In this document: positions 9,094 through 17,761 of the stretch, piece by piece | How the letters are laid out: each line of letters begins with the position of its first letter | Numbering within the stretch: position 1 is the stretch's first letter | Assembly (NCBI GenBank): GCA_020201035.1 | Contig: JAIVHO010000038.1 | Coordinates: 72,165-136,164 of the forward strand | Length of the DNA stretch: 64,000 bases | Direction of reading: 5' to 3' | From: Bacteroidales bacterium | GTDB lineage: Bacteria > Bacteroidota > Bacteroidia > Bacteroidales > VadinHA17 | Translations under genes and position numbers: made by a program | The notes under the pieces: generated by a model | What the model was told of the DNA's origin: nothing | The model's input: only the letters and a program-made list of their open reading frames with translations | Database searches by the model: none

Positions 9094-11343
9094 ATGGACC
9101 AGTTTTACATTATTGTTGTAGGCATACTGTTTATACTTGCAATTACAGACCTTATTGTTGGCGTAAGCAATGACGCTGTTAATTTCCTCAACTCAGCCAT
9201 CGGATCAAAGGTAGCCCCTCTCAGGGTCATACTGATTATTGCAACCCTTGGGATTCTGTTTGGTGCCACTTTTTCAAGCGGCATGATGGAGGTAGCCCGA
9301 AAGGGAATTTTCAACCCCGGGGAGTTCTTCTTCTCTGACCTTATGATTATTTTCCTGGCGGTCATGCTGACGGATATTATTCTGCTCGATCTTTTCAATA
9401 CCTTCGGTCTGCCCACCTCCACAACTGTATCAATAGTTTTTGAACTACTTGGTGCATCTGTTGCAATTGCATTTATAAAACTGACCGGTGATCCTGACGG
9501 TGCACATACCCTTGGAACCTACATCAATTCAAGCAAGGCGCTTGCAATTATTGCAGGTATACTGCTGTCAATTATCGTAGCCTTCTCCGTTGGAGCTATT
9601 ATTATGTTCCTTACAAGGGTGATTTTCAGCTTTAACTACACAAAGACACTCAAATATTATGGGTCTGTCTGGGGAGGTATTGCAATAACTGCAATTACCT
9701 ACTTTATGCTGGTTAAAGGTGCAAGTGGAGCCTCATTTATGAGTGAGGAAGTTGTAAACTGGATAACCAATAATACAGGCAGGCTTATGCTTTACAGTTT
9801 TGCCGGATGGACAATACTACTGCAACTTCTGAGTCTTATATTCAAAATAAACATCCTGAAGATCATTGTACTGGTGGGGACATTCTCCCTGGCAATGGCT
9901 TTTGCCGGTAACGATCTTGTTAACTTTATTGGTGTGCCACTTGCCGGTTATGAATCATACAAGGCCTGGCTGGCAAGCGGTATATCTCCGGATGCCCTGC
10001 CTATGACAGCCCTTGCTGCAAAGGTTCAGACACCGACTCTTTTCCTGCTCACGGCCGGCATCGTAATGGCCCTGGCATTATGGCTCTCCAAAAAATCAAG
10101 AACGGTAACCAAAACAGAGATATCACTTGCCAGACAGGATCAGGAGGAGACAGAGATGTTTGAGTCTTCTTCACTGGCACGTTCACTCGTCAGAATGACC
10201 ACCAATATGTCAGGATTCTTCAATGTGCTGGTGCCTGTAAGGGCTGCCAGATGGATTGATTCCAGGTTTGATACATCTGTTGTTAAAAAACCAATCAAGG
10301 GGGAGGATGCATCCTTCGACCTGCTGAGAGCCTCCATTAACCTGGTTATGTCTGGTATTCTGATAGCCTACGGCACATCCCATAAACTCCCCCTTTCAAC
10401 AACATACGTAACCTTTATGGTAGCGATGGGTACCTCGCTTGCCGACAGGGCATGGGGGCGTGAAAGTGCGGTATACCGTATAACGGGGGTAATAGTTGTT
10501 ATCGGGGGATGGTTCTTTACGGCTATAGCAGCATTCTCATCTGCTTTCCTGATAGCAATATTTATTAACTGGGCCGGAGTATGGGCAATAAGCGCCATGG
10601 CGCTGATAGTAATTTATATGCTTATCAGAAGCTACAGAACTCATAATGACCGCGAATTAAAATCAGAGGCCAGGGATAAGTCGATTCATTTTTCTGATAC
10701 AACATCCGGCGACGGAATGATTTCATTATGCAGGGATACTCTTATTACCAATATTTTACAGATATCAACACTGTTTGATAAAACTGTAATTGAGATGGGA
10801 CAAGAGAACAGGAAAGGAGTTAAAAAGGTACTGAAAGAGGTCAGGGAACTCAATTTAGGGGTTAAATTCCGAAAGGATAATGTGCATAGATTTCTGCGTA
10901 AGCTGGATGAGGCAAAGGTTGATGCAGGCCCATATTACGTTCAGATATATGACTTCCTTCGGGAGGCAGCCCACTCACTGAACTTTATCACCGAGCCGGT
11001 ATATAAGCATATTGATAATAACCACTCTCCGCTGAGCAAGGAACAGCATAAAGAACTCAGGGAATATTCAACACAGGTAACAGAGTACTTTAACTTCCTT
11101 ATATATATTCTTAAATCGGGGAATTTTGACAATATGCAAGATGCTGTGGTGAAGCAGCAGGAACTACTCGACAGAAACAATACAATAAGGAAGACCCAGA
11201 TCAAGAGGATTAAGAAGGGATCAAGCGGGACAAAAGCTTCCATGCTTTACCTCAATATCCTGAATGAAGTAAGGAACCTGCTGCTGCATACCGGAAATTC
11301 CGCTAAGGCATACCGGGATTTCCACAATGCAATTACAAAATAG
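9094..11343 (+). CDS. inorganic phosphate transporter, PiT family, long form with cytoplasmic C-terminal domain
   Basis: 749 aa. The PHO4/PiT signature GVSNDAVNFLNSAIGS occurs at the N-terminus and is repeated as GNDLVNFIGVPLAG. There are multiple TM helices. Confidence 0.85.
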   Translation: MDQFYIIVVGILFILAITDLIVGVSNDAVNFLNSAIGSKVAPLRVILIIATLGILFGATFSSGMMEVARKGIFNPGEFFFSDLMIIFLAVMLTDIILLDLFNTFGLPTSTTVSIVFELLGASVAIAFIKLTGDPDGAHTLGTYINSSKALAIIAGILLSIIVAFSVGAIIMFLTRVIFSFNYTKTLKYYGSVWGGIAITAITYFMLVKGASGASFMSEEVVNWITNNTGRLMLYSFAGWTILLQLLSLIFKINILKIIVLVGTFSLAMAFAGNDLVNFIGVPLAGYESYKAWLASGISPDALPMTALAAKVQTPTLFLLTAGIVMALALWLSKKSRTVTKTEISLARQDQEETEMFESSSLARSLVRMTTNMSGFFNVLVPVRAARWIDSRFDTSVVKKPIKGEDASFDLLRASINLVMSGILIAYGTSHKLPLSTTYVTFMVAMGTSLADRAWGRESAVYRITGVIVVIGGWFFTAIAAFSSAFLIAIFINWAGVWAISAMALIVIYMLIRSYRTHNDRELKSEARDKSIHFSDTTSGDGMISLCRDTLITNILQISTLFDKTVIEMGQENRKGVKKVLKEVRELNLGVKFRKDNVHRFLRKLDEAKVDAGPYYVQIYDFLREAAHSLNFITEPVYKHIDNNHSPLSKEQHKELREYSTQVTEYFNFLIYILKSGNFDNMQDAVVKQQELLDRNNTIRKTQIKRIKKGSSGTKASMLYLNILNEVRNLLLHTGNSAKAYRDFHNAITK

Positions 11344-11410
11344 GAGCGGCATCAAAGAGCCACAGTAACCTTCCTGTGCTGTAGCAAAAGCGCAGGGGAA
11401 AACAAAAACT

Positions 11411-11441
11411 AAAAAACCCGGATATATTGTCCGGGTTTTTT
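11411..11441 (+). terminator. rho-independent terminator after the PiT gene
   Basis: CCCGGA (11417-11422) pairs with TCCGGG (11430-11435), flanked by an A-run and a T-run (11436-11441). Confidence 0.7.
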
Positions 11442-11463
11442 AATTTTGCTGAAAACAGATAAT

Positions 11464-12621
11464 ATGTTCTCTAACCAGCCTCTTGCAGAAAGAATGCGCC
11501 CGGTCTCCCTTGATGACTATGTGGGACAGGAACACCTGGCAGGCAGGGAATCTACCTTCAGGAAGAATATCGAATCAGGCAATGTTCCCTCATTTATACT
11601 TTGGGGCCCCCCGGGTGTGGGCAAAACCACACTGGCGCAGGTTATCTCCACCACCCTGGAGCGTCCTTTCTACAGGCTCAGTGCAGTACATTCAGGGGTA
11701 AAGGAAGTGAGGGAGACAATCGAAAAAGCCAGGAAGCAGCAGTTCTTTAACTCTCCCAATCCCATTCTCTTTATAGATGAGATCCACAGATTCAGTAAAT
11801 CGCAACAGGACAGCCTTCTGGGAGCAGTGGAACAGGGAGTTATTACACTTATTGGTGCAACAACGGAAAATCCATCCTTTGAAATAATATCACCTCTTCT
11901 CTCAAGATGTCAGGTATATATTCTTAAACCTATTGAAATTACAGATGAGATGGTTATGCATCATGTTCAGCAGAATCTGGCACTGTATGACAAGGGAGGG
12001 GAAAGACATTATGATATTATTTCCGCCTTTATAAAATCTGTAAGGGGGAGTGATCCCAATGGTGCTGTTTACTGGCTGGCCAGAATGGTTGAGGGAGGGG
12101 AAGATCCTAAGTTTATTGCACGCCGGCTGATTATTCTGGCTGCAGAAGATATCGGACTGGCAAACCCGAATGCACTTTTGCTGGCCAAAAGCTGCTTTGA
12201 TGCGGTAAATATGACCGGATGGCCTGAATCCAGGATAATCCTTTCAGAGACCGCAATATACCTTGCACTGTGTCCCAAAAGCAACTCTGCCTATCTGGCT
12301 ATTGACAAGGCAATTGCCATGGTAAAGGAAACAGGTGACCTGCCTGTCCCACTGCACCTGCGTAATGCTCCAACCAGACTTATGAAAGATATCGGGTATG
12401 GGAAAAACTACAAATATGCCCACAGTTATCCGGGTAGTTTTGCAAGGGAACAGTTTCTCCCGGAAAAACTGGAGGGGAACCTCTTTTATCTTCCCGGGGA
12501 TAATAGCAGGGAGAGGGAGACAGCATTGAAACTCGCGGCAATGTGGAAAGGTATCTATCCCTACAAAACTGATAAGAAAGGAGAACCAACTGATAAAAAC
12601 GGAGAAACAGATAAAGACTAG
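11464..12621 (+). CDS. rarA: replication-associated recombination protein A (AAA+ ATPase RarA/MgsA), apparently lacking the lid subdomain
   Basis: Walker A GPPGVGKTT, Walker B FIDEIHRF, sensor-1 region ATTENPSF...SRCQVY, and the MgsA_C motif YDKGGERHYDIISAFIKSVRGSDP. The track ORF starts at TTG 11446, which sits inside the upstream terminator T-run. The ATG at 11464 (MFSNQPLAERMRP) is more plausible. Confidence 0.85.
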   Translation: MFSNQPLAERMRPVSLDDYVGQEHLAGRESTFRKNIESGNVPSFILWGPPGVGKTTLAQVISTTLERPFYRLSAVHSGVKEVRETIEKARKQQFFNSPNPILFIDEIHRFSKSQQDSLLGAVEQGVITLIGATTENPSFEIISPLLSRCQVYILKPIEITDEMVMHHVQQNLALYDKGGERHYDIISAFIKSVRGSDPNGAVYWLARMVEGGEDPKFIARRLIILAAEDIGLANPNALLLAKSCFDAVNMTGWPESRIILSETAIYLALCPKSNSAYLAIDKAIAMVKETGDLPVPLHLRNAPTRLMKDIGYGKNYKYAHSYPGSFAREQFLPEKLEGNLFYLPGDNSRERETALKLAAMWKGIYPYKTDKKGEPTDKNGETDKD

Positions 12622-12640
12622 GAGAAACAGATAATGACTA
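12580..12640. repeat. three tandem units of 21/20/20 bp straddling the rarA stop codon
   Basis: The units are GGAGAACCAACTGATAAAAAC (12580-12600), GGAGAAACAGATAAAGACTA (12601-12620) and GGAGAAACAGATAATGACTA (12621-12640). The TAG stop is at 12619-12621. Confidence 0.8.
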
Positions 12641-12751
12641 AATAATTGGTAAATTTGACAGGCATATCGATCATCCAGACTGTTACAATATGAACTGTTT
12701 TCCAACAATATTAAGTAACCCAACAAATAAATTAAATCAATAAAATCAGAT

Positions 12752-13582
12752 ATGTCCATACCAGATATTCCGGGCCTCAAATACAGGGAGAGTAATAATT
12801 TTCTGCTCCTGGCCGGTCCGTGCGTAGTTGAATCAGAAGAGCTGGTAAGAGAGGTGGCTGATGAAATATCCCGCCTCTGTAACCGGATGAAGATTCCCTT
12901 CGTTCTTAAAGCATCATACAGGAAAGCTAACCGGTCGCGCCAAAGCTCATTCAGCGGTATCGGCGACACAGCAGCACTTAAGATACTGAAGGAGGCGGGA
13001 GAGGCAGCCGGAGTGCCTGTAGTTACTGATATTCACTCCGCAGCTGAAGCTGAAATGGCAGCCCGGTATGTTGATATCCTGCAAATACCTGCATTCCTTT
13101 GCCGGCAGACAGATATTCTCGAAGCAGCCGGCGAAACAGGTAAGTGGGTAAATATCAAGAAAGGGCAGTTTCTCTCCGGTGCATCAATGATACATGCCGT
13201 TGAAAAAGTAAGAAAAACTGGAAATAACAAAATTATTCTGACTGACCGGGGGAATATGTTCGGCTATTCAGACCTTGTAGTGGATATGAGAAATATTCCT
13301 GAGATGAAGGAGACCGGCGTACCGGTAATAATGGATATTACTCACTCTCTGCAGCAGCCAAACCAGCCTGACGGAGTTTCAGGCGGCAGGCCTGAAATGA
13401 TAGAGACAATAGCTCTTGCTGCTCTGGCAGCGGGTGCTGACGGAATTTTTATTGAGTCGCATCCCGATCCTTCCACAGCACTGTCAGACGGGGCCAATAT
13501 GCTTAAGCTCAGTCAGCTTAAAAAACTGCTTGAAAAGATGATTATATTACGCGAAGCTGTTAACAGGATAAGAACCATTTAG
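12752..13582 (+). CDS. kdsA: 3-deoxy-8-phosphooctulonate (KDO-8-P) synthase
   Basis: 276 aa, with LLAGPCVVESEE, FKASYRKANRSS-like and DITHSLQQP motifs typical of KdsA. Confidence 0.9.
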   Translation: MSIPDIPGLKYRESNNFLLLAGPCVVESEELVREVADEISRLCNRMKIPFVLKASYRKANRSRQSSFSGIGDTAALKILKEAGEAAGVPVVTDIHSAAEAEMAARYVDILQIPAFLCRQTDILEAAGETGKWVNIKKGQFLSGASMIHAVEKVRKTGNNKIILTDRGNMFGYSDLVVDMRNIPEMKETGVPVIMDITHSLQQPNQPDGVSGGRPEMIETIALAALAAGADGIFIESHPDPSTALSDGANMLKLSQLKKLLEKMIILREAVNRIRTI

Positions 13583-13672
13583 CTGAACTCATTAATACTA
13601 CACACAAAAGATTGAAACAGATATGAAGATATTTAATCTTCTACTGCACGTCAGAGGATAATTAAATTTTTC

Positions 13673-13752
13673 ATGCGGGAGTGAAGAGGTTACATTCCTT
13701 ATCGTATATTTAATAATCTAATTGTCAAATAATTAAAAAATTTAAACGTATG
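13673..13752 (+). repeat. diverged third copy of the 140-bp intergenic element, ending on the ATG of the 13750 gene
   Basis: It aligns to 53620-53700 with one 1-nt gap at roughly three-quarters identity by eye. Shared blocks include ATGCGrGAGyGAAGmGGTTmCATTC and AAAATTTmAAACGTATGAAA. Confidence 0.6.
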
Positions 13753-14454
13753 AAAAGAATCATTTTAACACTAACGGTAGCCCTGATAATACCTGCCCTT
13801 GTTTGCGGACAGGATCTGAATGAGGTAATAAAAAAGTACTCTGACGCATCAGGTCTGGCAAAATTGTCAGGTTACAACTCCCTTGTGGTTGAGGGCAATG
13901 TAAACCAGATGGGAATGTCAATGGATATGAGGCTGATGGAAAAGAAGCCAGGCAAGCTCAAGATGGTAACTACTTTCAGCGGAATGGATATTGTTCAGGT
14001 TATAAACGGAAACACAGGTTATACCATTAATCCAATGATGGGATCAACCGAACCCGTTGAACTGCCTGCCGACCAGCTTGCACAGGCCGAAAGCAGTTCA
14101 ATGCTTTCCAATAATATCGAAAAGCTTCTGAAAGAAGGCAGCCTTGAGCTTACAGGGAAAAGTAATTTCGGGGATGAATCAGCATACGAGGTAAAGGCAT
14201 TAACAGATGCCGGTACGGTTTTCTTTTACATATCAGACAAAACCCATCAGCTGATAGGTTCAAAAACAACAGTATCCCAGATGGGGCAACAGTTTGATGT
14301 TGAAACAAGAATGAAAGAGATAAAGGATTTTGAAGGTGTCATGCTGCCGTCTGTGTCAGAAACCTATGTCAACGGTGCGCTGAGTGCCACCATTACCTTT
14401 AACTCAATAAAATTTAATGTTCCGATCCCCGATTCGGAATTTGAGAAAAAATAA
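13750..14454 (+). CDS. secreted LolA-like / outer-membrane lipoprotein-sorting family protein
   Basis: 234 aa with a signal peptide (LTVALIIPALVCGQD). The length and beta-rich pattern resemble LolA-like proteins of Bacteroidota. The assignment is from memory of the family, not from a search. Confidence 0.5.
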   Translation: MKRIILTLTVALIIPALVCGQDLNEVIKKYSDASGLAKLSGYNSLVVEGNVNQMGMSMDMRLMEKKPGKLKMVTTFSGMDIVQVINGNTGYTINPMMGSTEPVELPADQLAQAESSSMLSNNIEKLLKEGSLELTGKSNFGDESAYEVKALTDAGTVFFYISDKTHQLIGSKTTVSQMGQQFDVETRMKEIKDFEGVMLPSVSETYVNGALSATITFNSIKFNVPIPDSEFEKK

Positions 14455-14822
14455 GCAGCAAACCTGTAAGCCGGATTCTGTACCCTGTCCTGCAGCCTTC
14501 ACGAGGCTTTGGACAGGGTTTCTGCCATCTGTCTTGGACCTCCGTCACCGAAGGCCTCTAACGACCTACCCCCCGGCTCGGACGAGCAATCCTCAGTCAC
14601 CGGTATACATGGTCTTTCAACCCATGAAGTGTACGGCTTATGATGTCACCACCATAACCGGTGGGCTCTTACCCCACCTTTTCACCCTTATCCCGACTTG
14701 TCGGGACGGTTATTTTCTGTTACACTGAAATACCCTTGCGGATATCTTCCCGTTAGGAAGCATGGTGCTCTGTGTTGGCCGGACTTTCCTCCGCTTTAAA
14801 CGGCGGCAGAACGGTTTGCTGC
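14455..14822 (-). ncRNA. rnpB: RNase P RNA, bacterial type A
   Basis: The minus strand reads GCAGCAAACC...GGAGGAAAGTCCGGCC...AAGGGTGAAAAGGTGGGGTAAGAGCCCACC...ACAGAATCCGGCTTACAGGTTTGCTGC. This carries the universally conserved P4 strands (GAGGAAAGUCCGG / ACAGAAxCCGGCUUA) and the terminal P1 pairing GCAGCAAACC/GGTTTGCTGC. Length is about 368 nt. End positions are accurate to within a few nt. Confidence 0.9.
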
Positions 14823-14856
14823 TGTACAAAAGTATTACAAATAATCAATAACTATG

Positions 14857-16221
14857 CTAAAAGTGTGTAACACTCTTGATATTTACAAATTCATAGAGTC
14901 CAAGGTCAGACAGTTCACGTCCATATCCCGACTCTTTTATTCCCCCGAAAGGTACCGCAGGATCTGACCTTGTAAAGCCGTTAATGGTTACTGTACCCGA
15001 CTCAATATCCGTGGCAGCCTGCATTGCCAGATCGCTGTTTCCTGTCCATACCGAGGCTCCCAGCCCAAACCTGCTGCTGTTAACCCTACTGATAACCTCA
15101 TTATAATCACTGAAACTGAATAGCGGCACCACCGGCCCAAAAGTCTCCTCGGTTGCAACAGGGGAATCATCAGCTACATCAGCCAGAACGGTAGGACTGA
15201 AAAGTGACCCCTTCTCCTCAGGCCTGCCTTTGCCACACAATAACCTTGCTCCCATCTTTACACTTTTCGTCACCTGCTCAGCCAGCTCTTCGGCTGCTGA
15301 ACGGTTTACCACAGGTCCTATATATACCTCCGGATCCATCGGGTCTCCAACCTTCAGGCTTTTCACCCTTTCTACAAACAGTGATGAAAACTCATTGAAA
15401 ATATCTTTGTGAAGGTAAATACGCTTTGTTGCAATACAACTCTGACCATTATTCTGAAACCTCCCCGTTATGGCTCCTTCAACACTGCTTTTTATATCTG
15501 CATCCGGGAACACAATAAAGGGATCGCTGCCTCCCAGTTCCAATACACACCTCTTTACCGCTGACCCGGCAGCTGAGGCAATGCGTGCCCCTGCAATATT
15601 GCTTCCGGTAAGCGAAACGGAACTTACTTTTCTGTGCTCAATTATACTGCTTACCTGCTCATGTGTAACAAACAGGTTCCGGAACAGAGGCTCAGGAAAT
15701 CCGGCCTCCCTGACAGCCTCTTCAATCGCCAGAGCAGAAGCAGGTACATTGGATGCATGCTTAAGCAATACACCATTACCTGAAACAAGGGCAGGAACAA
15801 TACACCTTATTACCTGCCAGAAGGGAAAGTTCCATGGCATTACTGCCAGCACAATACCAAGTGGATCATACCTTAGCATTGTAACTCCCTGGGATGATTC
15901 GCGTGGCTCTGGCCTGAGAAACCCTGCAGCACCTGACTCATAGTACCGGCAGGCCAGAGCACATTTCTTCACCTCGGCTACGGCCTGCGTGTAGGGCTTT
16001 CCCATCTCTGATGTTATTATTCTGCCATACTCATCGCTCCTGTTCTCAAGTATCTCTGCCAGAGAACCCGCAAATCCGGCCCGTTCCTCCACAGCTCTCT
16101 TTTTCCAGTTCTGCTGCGCTTCGCTGCAACTTTCGATAATCCCTCCAAGCTCATCTCCCGAAATAGTTTCATGGACGATGCCTTTCTCTCCGGAAAAGGG
16201 GTTAATACTCTGATATGCCAT
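14857..16221 (-). CDS. NAD(P)-dependent aldehyde dehydrogenase (succinate-semialdehyde dehydrogenase-like)
   Basis: 454 aa with ALDH motifs: catalytic Glu context LELGGSDP, catalytic Cys context NNGQSCIATKR, and EETFGPV. Confidence 0.85.
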   Translation of the reverse strand: MAYQSINPFSGEKGIVHETISGDELGGIIESCSEAQQNWKKRAVEERAGFAGSLAEILENRSDEYGRIITSEMGKPYTQAVAEVKKCALACRYYESGAAGFLRPEPRESSQGVTMLRYDPLGIVLAVMPWNFPFWQVIRCIVPALVSGNGVLLKHASNVPASALAIEEAVREAGFPEPLFRNLFVTHEQVSSIIEHRKVSSVSLTGSNIAGARIASAAGSAVKRCVLELGGSDPFIVFPDADIKSSVEGAITGRFQNNGQSCIATKRIYLHKDIFNEFSSLFVERVKSLKVGDPMDPEVYIGPVVNRSAAEELAEQVTKSVKMGARLLCGKGRPEEKGSLFSPTVLADVADDSPVATEETFGPVVPLFSFSDYNEVISRVNSSRFGLGASVWTGNSDLAMQAATDIESGTVTINGFTRSDPAVPFGGIKESGYGRELSDLGLYEFVNIKSVTHF

Positions 16222-16225
16222 AATC

Positions 16226-17530
16226 CTACCTCCTGTTCTTTATTATTACAAGTGTGGCACCATAACCATACTCCCTGAAGGAGGCATCCTGGTATGTACA
16301 TGCCTGATACTCCCTGTCAATTATCCTTCTGATCTCATGCTTCAGCTTTCCTGCACCGGTACCGTGAATATAGACCACCGATCTCTCTTTTGAGATAAGT
16401 GCCCCTTCAAGGGATGTCCTGAACCTGGCAAGCTGAATATTAATAATCTCACCGGGGGTCATTTCGTTGCTGTTATCAACTATCTCACCTATATGAAGGT
16501 CTATCTCCCTCGGTAGTTTACCCTTTTCCCTTTTTTCGCCAGACCCTTTCTCCCTGCCCACAACACCACTATCCCCGGCAATCTTAAGTGATGCTTCAGA
16601 ATCAGGATAATCCTGATTACTAACTACACCAGGATTTCTTTCCCTGTTTTCAGTCCTGCCTCCCCTGTCACCTCTCCCTTCTTTAACAGGTTCCCCCTCC
16701 TTCTCAACTTTTAACAAAAAAGCATCCTCATCAAAAAAATCGTTTTCCCTGTACGCACTTCTGGTGGCAAGAAGGTCCCTGCCAGGCTTAACCAGCTGCC
16801 TGAATATTACAGCCCTGCCCTTTATCACTTCTCCCCAGGCAACTATAGTTACCTCAACTCCTCCTGATGCAACGTTCCTTGCACTGCCAAAAAGATCATC
16901 AATATGATAATCGCCGCAGTTTATCTTTATACCGGGCTCAATCACCCCTGCTGATACGGTATGACGGATTTTACCATGCTCAATCACAGCACAATGGTAA
17001 AGAAGTGACCAGTCAGAATCATTGATAATAAATAACGAAACCTCTCCGCCAACCGGCTCATCATAGTCAAAAGGAACAACTGCAATATATATATCTGGTT
17101 CTTTATCAGGAACAGCGGCAACATCAGCTGACCCGAAACCTTTAAAGGAAAATTCACCGCCGGTGACCTGATCAGAAGAGTTTCCTGATCTCCCACCCTG
17201 CCCGGCATATGATTCCAAAGAATTCCGGGATCCACCTTTACTTCCGGATACTGTCTGCCTGTCTGATCCATCCTGTATGTCAGTTTCTCCTCCTCCTGTG
17301 AATCCGGTGTTGCTGCCGGTATCACCGGTTTTATTACCTCCGTCTGACCCCACTACAACTGATCTGAGATCATCACTTCCTCCCTTAAGCAGCTCGGATC
17401 CCAGAACCGGATACTCAAATCCGTCATCGGTTCTCACCATAACCATCTCTCTGTCAATAATTCTGGTCACAGTACCCGACCCCGTATCATTAAGAAATTT
17501 TACCCTGTCACCCCTCTTAAGTTCCACCAT
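16226..17530 (-). CDS. Smr-domain protein (DUF2027-type, Bacteroidota) with N-terminal KOW/SH3-like motif and Gly/Ser-rich linker
   Basis: The C-terminus (EIDLHIGEIV...VVYIHGTGAGKLKHEIRRII...GATLVIIKN) matches the Smr/MutS2 C-terminal nuclease domain. The track start at 17554 is TTG. The ATG at 17530 (MVELKRGDRVKF) is more likely. Confidence 0.75.
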   Translation of the reverse strand: MVELKRGDRVKFLNDTGSGTVTRIIDREMVMVRTDDGFEYPVLGSELLKGGSDDLRSVVVGSDGGNKTGDTGSNTGFTGGGETDIQDGSDRQTVSGSKGGSRNSLESYAGQGGRSGNSSDQVTGGEFSFKGFGSADVAAVPDKEPDIYIAVVPFDYDEPVGGEVSLFIINDSDWSLLYHCAVIEHGKIRHTVSAGVIEPGIKINCGDYHIDDLFGSARNVASGGVEVTIVAWGEVIKGRAVIFRQLVKPGRDLLATRSAYRENDFFDEDAFLLKVEKEGEPVKEGRGDRGGRTENRERNPGVVSNQDYPDSEASLKIAGDSGVVGREKGSGEKREKGKLPREIDLHIGEIVDNSNEMTPGEIINIQLARFRTSLEGALISKERSVVYIHGTGAGKLKHEIRRIIDREYQACTYQDASFREYGYGATLVIIKNRR

Positions 17531-17594
17531 CTTCCTGAATTTTATTATGTTCAATGCAAAATTACTTATTTTTGCGCCACTATCAGATTAAAAC

Positions 17595-17751
17595 GAAGAG
17601 GAATAACAGGAATAGCAGGAACAGGTATGGCAGGAACAGAAATAGCAGGAACAGGAATAGCAGGAACAGGTATGGCAGGAACAGGTATGGCAGGAACAGG
17701 AATAACAGCAACAGGAATAACAGCAACAGGAATAGCCGGAACAGGAATAAC
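17595..17751. repeat. 15-bp tandem repeat array: 9 full units plus degenerate leading units
   Basis: Units of AGGAACAGG(T/A)AT(G/A)GC run from 17617 to 17751 in exact 15-bp register, with variants AGCAACAGGAATAAC and CGGAACAGGAATAAC. Degenerate copies precede from about 17595. Confidence 0.95.
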
Positions 17752-17761
17752 CATTGATGGG

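Noticed and set aside
12244-12969. 241-aa minus-strand ORF spanning the rarA 3' end, the spacer and the kdsA 5' end
   Set aside because: It overlaps two confidently identified plus-strand genes and has no family features.
14417-14728. 103-aa plus-strand ORF from the track
   Set aside because: It lies entirely antisense to the RNase P RNA gene (14455-14822, minus strand). The translation is Pro/Thr/Arg-rich and not protein-like, and the region is fully explained by rnpB.
15470-15943. 157-aa plus-strand ORF inside the aldehyde dehydrogenase gene
   Set aside because: It is antisense to a gene with intact ALDH catalytic motifs and has no features of its own.
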